From Paraspadella gotoi (lineage: Eukaryota; Animalia; Chaetognatha), in contig JBJCIZ010000765.1 of assembly GCA_051294375.1 (NCBI GenBank), positions 1 to 10,299 on the forward strand: a DNA stretch of 10,299 nt. The letters are read 5' to 3'. Of the stretch, positions 1-9,276 are shown piece by piece. Made by a program: the position numbers and the translations under genes. Below the pieces are notes generated by a model, which did no database searches, was not told the origin of the DNA, and saw nothing but the letters and a program-made list of their open reading frames with translations. Every line of letters begins with the position of its first letter. Positions within the stretch are counted from its first letter, which is position 1.

Positions 1-275
1 TAAATAAAAAATTAAAAAATAGAAAGAAGAAGAAGAAAATCAAGTCTACTATTATTATAAAGTCTTTTTTCTTTTCTTCTCCTTCGAGATTTGGTTGAAA
101 TAAACTCTTTTTTCCATCGCGAAATTCTACTCGGTTTCCATTGAAAGAAAAAAAAAGAAGAAAAAATTATTAAAAACATTTCGGAGAAAAAGATTCTTTA
201 AAAAAAAAAATCCCTCTAACTCGCGAAAAATTCAAATCTTAATTGATTCGAAAAGATGTGAAACAACGTATATAT

Positions 276-365
276 CTTTCTTCTTTTCTTTCTTTTTCTT
301 TCTTTCTTCTTCTTTCTTTCTTTCTTTTCTTTCTTTCATTTCTTCTTTCTTTCTTTCTTCTCTCA
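276..365. repeat. Degenerate (CTTT)n/(CTT)n pyrimidine tract
   Basis: Run such as ctttcttcttttctttctttttctttctttcttcttctttctttc, almost only C/T. Confidence 0.85.
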
Positions 366-537
366 CTCTCTAACCCTCTTTCTTTACTCTCGCGCGGCCT
401 CCCGCGGGGAACTTGGCGACTCCAGTGCTCCGTTTCGTGTTTCTTTGTCTCTTGCTTCTTTTTTGTGGTGTTTCTTTTTCGGTCTTCTTCCGGCACAATA
501 GGAGGCCACAAGATCATTCTTCAAATGAATTAAATAT

Positions 538-709
538 AGATGAGGAGAGAGCGACGCGAATGAGAATGAGAGAGATGCAGAGAATCGATGAGGGAGAGAG
601 AGATGGAATGAGAGGTGAGGAGAGGCTGAGGAGAGAGAGGAGAGAGATGAGAGAGAATGAGAGAGAATGGGAGAGACGAGAGAGAGGAGAGAAGAGAGAG
701 AGATGAGAG
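538..709. repeat. Degenerate (GA)n purine-rich microsatellite
   Basis: gagagag blocks interrupted by at/g/c; source of the ERER/SLSL ORFs at 384-776 and 413-706. Confidence 0.85.
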
Positions 710-951
710 TCATTCTTGTTTCACTCCTTTTTAGATATTCGCAGACGAAGAAAGATATTATTTCACCCCCCCCCAAAAAAAAAAGAATGGAAAGAAAAAA
801 AAAAGAATAAAAGTTTTATGATTCGAAAAACCGAAGTGAGACGAAGAACGAAGGCTGATAAGACAAGTAATGAAACTTCGAAAAAAAAGACACATAGGGA
901 AAAAAAAGGAAAAAAAAAAACCTTCGAAAATACACTTAAAATGTGGAGTCT

Positions 952-953
<2 letters not shown>

Positions 954-993
<40 letters not shown>
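954..993. repeat. Perfect (GA)n microsatellite, ~20 units
   Basis: Uninterrupted gagaga run. Confidence 0.95.
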
Positions 994-995
<2 letters not shown>

Positions 996-1063
996 CTTGT
1001 CGTTGTTCTCCTTTCGTTTTTTTCTTAACCGCGAAGGCGACATTTAATTATCGCATGTTTACT

Positions 1064-1207
1064 AAAAAAAATTAAAAATAAAAAAATAAAAATAAATACA
1101 CACCCTTAACAATCATAAAGAAAAAAAAAAAATAAAACAAAAAAATAAAAAAAATAAAAATAAAAAAAAAAAATAAGAAAACAATAACAAAATACCTTAA
1201 AAAAAAA

Positions 1208-1253
<46 letters not shown>

Positions 1254-1288
1254 AAAAAAAAAATAAATATAAAATAAAATAAAAAAAA
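1064..1288. repeat. Long A-rich tract: poly-A and (AAAAT)n-like
   Basis: About 225 bp dominated by A, including an uninterrupted A run across ~1210-1250 and aaaataaaat repeats. Confidence 0.9.
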
Positions 1289-1418
1289 CGAACGTTTTTT
1301 CCTCTCTGTTTCAACTGGATTCTCTCTCTCTCTCTCACACTTCTATATGTCTCTCTTTAGTCGAGTATATCTTTCTGCGAGTTTATCTGACAATTTCGCG
1401 TCCGGACAAGAGAGGGGG

Positions 1419-4400
1419 CACCTATGAAAGCCATAGTAAGGTGGACAGGCAGAAGAAAAAATTTCAACAGCCTCAGCTACCCACCTGTAACCACTACACT
1501 ATAAGCCATAGTAAGGTGGACAGCAGAAAATTTCATACAGCCTACGGCTACCCACCTGTAACCACTACCTATAAGCCATAGTAAGGTGTGGTGACAGCCA
1601 GAAAAAAAATTTCATTACAGACCTCGCTAACCCACCTGTAAACCACCTACACTTGAAGCCCATAGTAAGGTTGGGACGACAGAAAATTTCACTTACAGTA
1701 CCTCGCTACCCCCTGTACCACTACACTATGAAGCCATCTAGTACAGGTGGACAGCCAGAAAATTTCATACACCTCAGACTACCCACCTGTAACACTTACC
1801 ACTATGAAGCCATACAGTAGGTGCGACAGCACGGAGTAAAATTTCATACAGCCTCGCTACCCACCTGGAACCACTTACACTATGAAGCCATAAGTAAGGT
1901 GGACAGCAGAAATTTCATACTGCCTCGGCTACCCCACCTGTAACCACTACACTATAGAAGCCATTAGTAAGTGTGGACAGCAGAAAATTTCATACAGCCT
2001 CGCTACCCACCTGTAACACTACACGTATGAAGCGCATGTAAAGGTGGACAGCAGAAAAAGTTTCATAGCCTCCGCCGCTTACCCACCTGACCACTACTCA
2101 CTATTGAAGCCATAGGTAAGGTGTGGATCAGCAGAAAATTTCATACAGCCTCGCTTTAGCCCACCCCTGGAACCACTACACTATGAAGCCATAGTAAGGT
2201 GGACGCAGAACATTATACAGCCTCGTACCCACCTTAACCACTTACACTATGAAGCCATAGTAAGGGGGACAGCCAGAAAAATTTTCATAACAGCCTTTCG
2301 CTACCACCTGAACCTACTACACTATGAGCCATAGTAAGGGGACAGCAGGAAAAGTTCTACAGCCTCGTAGCCCACCATTACTAACACTTACACTATGAAG
2401 CCCATAGTAAGGTGGACAAGCCAGAAGAAAAAAATTTCATACAGCCTCGCTACCCAACCTGTAACCACTACCACTATGAAGCCAAAGTAAGGTGCAGCAG
2501 AAATTTCATACAGCCTGGCTACCACCTGTAACCACATACACACTATGAAGCCATAGTAAGGTGGACAGACATGAAAAGTTCATACAGCCTGCTACCCACC
2601 TGTAAACCACTTTACACTATGAAGCCATAGTAAGGTGGACAGCAGAGAAAATTTCATACCAGCCTCGCTCTACCCACCTGTAACACTACACTATGAAGCC
2701 ATAGTAAGGTGGCCAGCAGAAAATTTCATTACAGCCTCGCTACCCACCTGTAACCCTAACTTATTAAAGCCATAGTAAGTGGACAGCAGAAAATTTCATA
2801 AGCGCCTCGCTACCCACCTGTAACCAACTACACTGATGGAAGCCTGTACAGTGTGGACAGCCCAGAAAAGATAGAAAATATTCATACAGCCTCGCTACCC
2901 AACTTGTAACCATATACTTATTGAAGCCATAGAGAAGGTGAGACAGCAGAAAATTTTTCATACAGCCTCGAGCTAACCCACCTGTAACCACTACACTATT
3001 GAAAGCCATAAGATAAGTGGCAGCAGAAAATTTTACATACAGCCTCGCTACCCCACTGTACCACTACCTATGAACCCCATAGTAAGGTGAGCAGCAGAAA
3101 AATTTTCATACAGCCTCGCTACCCACCTGTAACCACTACACTATGAAGCCATAGTAGGTGGACAGCAGAAAATTTCATTACAAGCCTCGCTCGCTACCCA
3201 CCTTGGTAACCACTACACTATGAAAGCCATACGTAAGGTGGGACAGCAGGAAAATTTCATACAGCTCGCCTCGCTACCCACCTGTACCATACATCTATTG
3301 AAGCCATATATAGTAAGGTGGACAGCAGAAATTTTCATACAGCCTCGCTACCACCTTGTAACCACTACACTATGAAAGCCATAGTAAGGTGGGACAGCAT
3401 AAATATTCATACAGCCTCGCTACCCCACCTGTTAACCACTAACTATGAAGCCATAGTAAGTGTCTGACAGCAGAAATTTCATACAGCCTCGGCTACCCAC
3501 CATTGTAACCACTACACTATGAAGCCTAGTAAGGTGGGACAGCAGAAAATTTCATACAGCCTCGCCACCACTGTAACCACTACACTATTTTTGAAGGAGG
3601 GAAGGCCATAAGTTTTTTTATATAGAGTGTGAGGGAACAAAGGGCAGAAAAATTCATACAGCCTCGCTACCCACCTGTAACCACTACACTATGAAGCCCC
3701 ATAGTAAGGTGGACAGCAGGAAATTTTCATACAAGCCTCGCTACCCACCTGACCACAATTACACATATGAAGCCATAGTTAAGTGTGGACAGCAGAAAAT
3801 TTCATACAGCCTCGCTACCCAACCTGTAACCACTACACTATGAAGCCATCCATAGTAAGGTGGAACATGCAGGAAAATTTTTCATACAGCCTCGCTTACC
3901 CCACTGTAACCACTACCACTATGAAGCCATAGTAAGTGGACAGCAGAAATTTCCATACAGCCTCGCTACCCACCTGTAACCACTACACTATGAAGCCATA
4001 GAAGGTGGACAGCAGAAAATTTTCATACAGCCTCGCTACCCACTGCTAAACCACGTAACACTTATGAAGCCATAGTAAGGTGGACAGACAGAAATTTAAT
4101 TTACATACAGCCTTCGCTACCCACCTGTAACCATTACACTATTTTGAAGCCATAGTAAGCTGTGGACAGCAGAAAAATTTCATACAGCCCCTCGCTACCC
4201 CACCTGTAACCACTTACACTTTGAAAGCCATATAGTAAGCGTGATGACAGCTAGAAAAATTTCATACATGCCTCGCTACCCACCTGTAACCACTACACTA
4301 TTTTGAAGCCATCAGTAAAGGTGGACAGCAGAAAATTTCATTACAGCCTCGCTACCACCTGATAACCACATACACTTTGAAAAGCCATAGTAAGCTGTGG

Positions 4401-6177
4401 ACAGCAGAAAATTTCATGACAGCCTCGCTTACCCACCTGTAACCACTACACTATGGTAAGCATAGTAAGGTGGACAGCAGAAAATTTTCCATTACAAGCC
4501 CGGCTACCCATCCTGTAACCACTACACTATGAAGCCATTTAGTAAGGTGGACAGCAGAAATTTCATACAGCCTCCGCTAACCCACCCTGTTAACCACTAC
4601 ACTATGAAGAGCCATAGTTAATGGTGGGACAGCCAGAAAATTTCATACAGCCTCGCTACCTACCGTAACCACTACACTATGAACCAATAGTTAAGTTGTG
4701 GACAGACAGAAATTTCATACAGCCTCGCTGATCCGTCTCCCGCAGCCGAGAACCAACTTAACACTATGAGCATAGTAAGGTGCGACAGCAGAAGAAAATT
4801 TCATTAAGCTCGCTTACCCACCTGTAACCACTACACTATGAAGCACCATTAGTAAGTGGACAGCAAGAAAATTTTCATCAGCCTCGCTTACCCAACCTGT
4901 AAACCACTTACACTATGAAGCCATAGTTAAGGTGCGACAGCAGAAAATTTTTCATTACGCCTCAGCTACCCACCTGTAACCACTACCACTTATGAAGCCA
5001 TAGTAAAGGTGGAAGCAGAAAATTTCATACAGCCCTCCGCTACCCACCTGTAAACCACATACACTATGGAAAGCCATAGTATAGGTGGGACAGCAGAAAA
5101 ATTTCAACAGCCTCGCTACCCCCTTAACCACTACACTATTGAAGCCATAGTAAGGTGGACTAGCAGAAAATTTCAATACGCCTCGCTTACCACCTGTACC
5201 ACTACACTATGAAAGCCGATAGATAAGGTGGACAGCAGAAAATTTCATACAAGCCTCGCTAACCCACCTGTAACCACTACACTATGAAGATAGTAAGGTG
5301 GACACAGAAAATTTCCATTACACTCGGGCTAGCCCGACCGCTACAGCTACCACTATGAAGCCATAGTAAGTGGACAGCAGAAAAATTTGGCATACAGCCT
5401 CGCTACCACCTGTAACGCACTACACTATGAAGCCATAGTAAGGTGGACAGCAGAAATTTCATACAGCCTCGCTACCCACCTGTAAACCCTACACTTATGA
5501 AGCCCATTGTAAGGTGCGACAGCCAAAGAAAATTATACAGCCTCGCTACCCACCTGTAACCACTCACTATAAGCCATAGTAGGTGGACAGCAGAAAAATT
5601 CATTACAGCCTCGCTACCCACGTGTAACCACTACAACTATGAAGCCATAAGTAAGGTCGACAGCAGAAAATTCATTACAGCCTCGCTTACCCCCTGTAAC
5701 CACTACACTTATGAAGCCATAGTAAGGTGGGAAGCAGAAAAATTTCAACAGCCTCCTTCCCACCTGTAACCACTACACTATGAAGCCATAGTAAGGTGGA
5801 CAAGCAGAAAATTTCATACAGCCTCGCTACCCACCTGAACCATACACTATGAAGCCATTATAATGGTGGACAGCCAGAAATTTTCATACAGCCTCGCTAC
5901 CCCCTGTAACCCACTACCCACACTATGAAGCCAAGTAAGAGGGACAGCATGAAAATTTCATTACAGCCTCGCTACCCACCTGTAAACCACTTACACTATT
6001 GAACGCCATAGTAAGGTGGACAGCAGAAAAAATTTCATACAGCCTCGCTACCCACCTGTAACCATACACTATTGAAAGCCATAGTAAGAGTGGACAGCCA
6101 GAAAATTCATTACAGTCCTCGTACCCACCTGTAACCACTACACTATTGAAGCCATAGTAAGGTGGACAGCAGAATTC
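1419..6177. repeat. Tandem array (satellite) of a 70-bp unit, ~64 copies
   Basis: The tgaagcc landmark recurs about 64 times from ~1425 to ~6147. Consensus CTATGAAGCC ATAGTAAGGT GGACAGCAGA AAATTTCATA CAGCCTCGCT ACCCACCTGT AACCACTACA. Near-clean stretches at 3105-3175, 5421-5483 and 5761-5837. No unique spacers. The unit is not a multiple of 3 and every reading frame meets stops on both strands. Confidence 0.97.
3101..3150 (-). ncRNA. Putative ~51-nt tRNA-5'-like/Pol III-like small RNA module (one example copy; recurs in each array unit)
   Basis: Minus-strand consensus GGCTTCA-TAGTGTAGTGG-TTACAGGTGGGTAGCGAGGCTGTATGAAA-TTTT: A-box-like motif at tRNA positions 8-18, 5'/3' complementarity (TTCATA/TATGAA) and a T4 run. 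No B-box and no canonical anticodon or T arm, so it is not a tRNA gene. Confidence 0.25.
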
Positions 6178-7020
6178 CGCGCTATTTCTATATGCATTAA
6201 GCCCCAACCCACCCACCTCCAATAATTTGTTTTGATTATCTATTAGCAAAAGCTTTATCCTTGGAAATTGTTTTGATTGAAAAGTAATTGCAGTATACAC
6301 TTCATTTTGCTTTGAAGTATCTTCATTTCTATTATGGTTTTAATGTTAGAATGCCATATACTAATATTAATATGTCATCTCCTATAACATGTAAGTTTCC
6401 TAAAGAATTTTTTTTTATTATCTTCATTTCTTAAAAATATAATACTCCCAATATGCCAAATTAGAGTTATAATACTCAAAGGTTTTAAATAACTGCAAAA
6501 TACAGTCAGAGAAAATTTTTTATTTACAAACGTTAAAAATTAATTAAGAAAGGAATATTACTTAAAAAATTGTAAAAATTTCCAATTGTAAACAATTTGT
6601 AACATTTTTTTCCTTTCTTTTATTTCTTTAAATATATATATTAAATTTTTCTTCATTATTTTGTCGTGCCTGCCTTTTCTAAACCCTTTAAAAAAAGTTC
6701 AGGCTCTGCATGTGGACTGTTCCAGCTGCCTTCAGCGGCTGTCCAGCTATCCTGTTTCTGTCTGTCTTTCTCTTTCTGTCTCTCTCTCTCTGTCACGATC
6801 TCTAGCGTGATCGTTTTTTTAAAAAAAATTTGAATATTTTTTTCCTTTTAAAACTTTTATATATTCTGCCAATTTATTTCGCGAGTTTTTCTCAATGCCA
6901 AAATCCCAAATTCACACCGAGATTTTCGTGGATTTTATTCACTTTCTTTCTCTCTCTCTTTCAATCTCTCTCTCTCTTTCTTCTATCTTTCACTCAAACA
7001 CGCATTTGCTTGTTTTATTT

Positions 7021-7270
7021 TATGATGATTGATTCATTGAGTCAATGAATGACTATCATACGCATCAATGAATGGACTATCATCTTATCAATGAATGTTA
7101 TCTCACATCAATGAATGCTATCATTGCATCAACCATTTGGTATATTATCACATCAATCATTTAGGTAATCATAAAATCGATCATTTGCGTTATCATCGCA
7201 ATCAATTATGGTTATCATCGCATCAAATTATTCGGTTATCATCGCAGTCAATCATTTGGTTATCATCGCT
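7021..7270. repeat. Minisatellite, ~10 direct units of 21-23 bp plus one inverted unit
   Basis: Units start near 7042, 7065, 7088, 7108 (type TCAATGAATGYTATCATCGCA) and 7129, 7153, 7177, 7202, 7223, 7248 (type TCAATCATTTGGTTATCATCGCA). 7021-7040 is a reverse-oriented copy. Confidence 0.85.
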
Positions 7271-7302
7271 TACACAATTTTGAAAAGAAATCACAAAGAG
7301 AT

Positions 7303-7427
7303 TTTCTTCCTTTTTTTCCTTCTTTTTTCTCCCCTTTTCTTTTTTCTCTCTCTCTCTTTCTATCTCTCTTCTTTCTCTCTTTCTTTCATTATGATTTATT
7401 TCCAAAAGCAGAGGCTTAAAGTTCGAA

Positions 7428-7467
<40 letters not shown>

Positions 7468-7693
7468 TTTTTTCTCTCATACTCTCTCTTTCTCTCCTCT
7501 CTCGTTCTCTCTCATCTCTCTCTCTCTCGTCTCTCTCTCTCTTCTCTCTCTCTCTCTTTCTCTTCTGATTAGTTTCAAAACGAAGCAGCTGGATATTACG
7601 CATTCTATTCTCTCCTCTCCTCTTTCTCTCTACTCTCTAATCTCTCTCATCTCTCTCTTTTTCTCTCTCTCTTTTCTCTGCTCCTCTCTCTTT
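7303..7693. repeat. Interrupted (TC)n/poly-T pyrimidine region
   Basis: Several ctctctct blocks and T runs separated by short unique pieces; explains ORFs 7208-7720 and 7223-7603. Confidence 0.85.
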
Positions 7694-8443
7694 CGTCGCC
7701 TCCAGCAACTTCTTAGTTAATTTATATAGAAAATAATATAATTTACATAAACTAGTCTACTTTGCAAGTCAGATTCTTTCTTAAAACGAAAAAACCGCCC
7801 AAAAAACCGCAACAGCGGGGCTTATGTCTCAGACACCACCCCAGCCATTGAATGCCTTTAATGATAAAATCATGATCCCTAAAACTTCCAAAAGCTGAAC
7901 TTAGGAAATCACTGGACCACATTCTAAATCATACTGCCAACTTAATGCCACGTATTGCAACTTTCATTCTACATAAAAATATATAAAAATATGTTCAAAA
8001 GGAAACCTTAGCGAAAGAGCTGTTGATGATTATTAAAAAGTATATAGTTTTAATAAAAATTATTATTTCTGATCTGATAAATGTTGGTTAATCCTAAATA
8101 CCAAACCGCAAGTCAAAAATCATGCTAACTTCCAAAAAATGAAATAATTAATTCCGTACTAAGACAAAAAAACGAAATAACGTTTAATAGGAAATGGCAA
8201 AGGAATTTAAGACAAAGATATTTGTGGTCAAACAATCAATAGGAAATTCGCTAAAGTTGATGACATTGACTTTTCCACGGTGTGGATACACTGTGGGGGG
8301 GGACGTGGGGGAGAGGGCGGGAGAAGATCGTGGGGGGACAAAAAAATTTATGGGAAAGAAAAACTTTTTGTTTGAGTTTCACGGAAAACTCTGGAACAAT
8401 GAGGGATCGAAACAAAAATCGTGTAATTTATTACTCTGTCCGG

Positions 8444-8451
8444 TCTCTCTC

Positions 8452-8498
<47 letters not shown>

Positions 8499-8525
8499 CT
8501 CTCTGTTACTTCTCTCTCTCTCCTG

Positions 8526-8556
<31 letters not shown>

Positions 8557-8560
8557 CTCT
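8444..8560. repeat. (TC)n microsatellite, lightly interrupted
   Basis: Long tctctc run; explains the SLSL/ERER ORFs in 8194-8694. Confidence 0.9.
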
Positions 8561-8914
8561 TTGGCAAAACTGCCATGGAAAACTATGGGTTCCTCCCACA
8601 ACGTGAATCTGATTCAGAGCCAGTATGGGTGACAAAAAAAAAGAAGAAAAAAAAACCACGCAAAATTCAAATTTCATTTTCCTGTCACATTTGACAGCGA
8701 ATTTCTAATCAAAATTTTAGATTTAAAAGTTCCGAATTTATCTCGATGTAGTTAAAGTATTATTCTAATGTCGAACATTATAAGGTCAAATTGTCAATAT
8801 AGTATTTGAAACAAACACAAACACGGTAAAAACATTAGGCATTTAGGGGTAAAGAGGATGGCGCAAAAAAAGGAACATACAAAATAAATTAAAAGGATGG
8901 AGAAAAAGGCCCGC

Positions 8915-8929
8915 TCTCTCTTCTCTTTC

Positions 8930-8962
<33 letters not shown>

Positions 8963-8966
8963 CTCT

Positions 8967-9004
<38 letters not shown>

Positions 9005-9012
9005 CTTCTCCC
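8915..9012. repeat. (TC)n microsatellite
   Basis: ctctctc run with few interruptions. Confidence 0.9.
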
Positions 9013-9120
9013 TGTCCTCTCCACTCGAGAACCGAGAGTAAAAAGGAATCAGCGACAGAAAAGATAAAACCTCGAATTGAAAGTTTTACGTTCCCCCTTC
9101 ACTTGTCTTTTATTCCCTTA

Positions 9121-9154
9121 CTCTCTTCTCTCTCTCTCTTCTCTCTCTCTCTCT

Positions 9155-9223
<69 letters not shown>

Positions 9224-9241
9224 CTTTCCTTTTCTTTTTTT
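9121..9241. repeat. (TC)n microsatellite followed by T-rich tract
   Basis: ctctct run of about 100 bp, then cctttccttttcttttttt. Confidence 0.9.
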
Positions 9242-9276
9242 CCATTTAACGTCGCATTATGCTTCGTCGCTATTAG

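Noticed and set aside
239-955. ORFs rich in K/E/R or S/L/F
   Set aside because: Translations of (CTTT)n, (GA)n and poly-A tracts, which lack stop codons by composition.
1064-1288. Poly-A tail of a retroelement linked to the array
   Set aside because: It lies 5' of the array on the plus strand and reads as poly-T for a minus-strand RNA. No element body or TSD is evident and A-runs are common in the window.
1405-1423. CTCF-like site AGGGGGCAC at the left array edge
   Set aside because: Only the 3' half of the CTCF consensus matches; the CCASY half is missing.
3101-3150. Intact tRNA gene array, including T-armless mitochondrial type
   Set aside because: No pairable 5-bp anticodon stem with a 7-nt loop, no TTC/B-box, and the acceptor-like stem has a mismatch and two G-U pairs.
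3586-3645. Apparent unique insert or spacer in the array
   Set aside because: The consensus tatgaagccatagtaaggtggacagcag can be threaded through it; it looks like a stutter burst of sequencing insertions.
5324-5337. Perfect 14-bp palindrome TCGGGCTAGCCCGA inside the array
   Set aside because: It sits in an error burst, can be derived from ctcgctacccacc by G insertions, and occurs in only one copy.
1419-6177. CRISPR array
   Set aside because: The whole 70 bp repeats with no unique spacers, no cas genes are present and the context is eukaryote-like.
1419-6177. Hammerhead, HDV/CPEB3-like or twister ribozyme in the unit
   Set aside because: The minus strand has CTGTATGA rather than CTGANGA and no stem II-GAAA. 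The plus-strand words ACAGCAGAA and CAGCCTCGCT recall HDV-like ribozymes, but no P2 partner exists on that strand. The twister core is absent.
1419-6300. Repeat-protein CDS or endless concatemeric ORF (ORFs 2764-3009, 4955-5176, 5923-6300; per-unit peptide YEAIVRWTAENFIQPRYPPVTTTL*)
   Set aside because: The unit is 70 bp, not a multiple of 3, and each frame stops within about one unit on both strands. The listed ORFs hop between frames through random indels.
6795-6820. Terminator-like hairpin ACGATC/GATCGT followed by a T-run
   Set aside because: Only a 6-bp stem, no upstream gene, and intrinsic terminators are not expected in this context.
7789-7812. Direct repeat aaaaaaccgc x2
   Set aside because: Two short, mostly poly-A copies, consistent with simple slippage.
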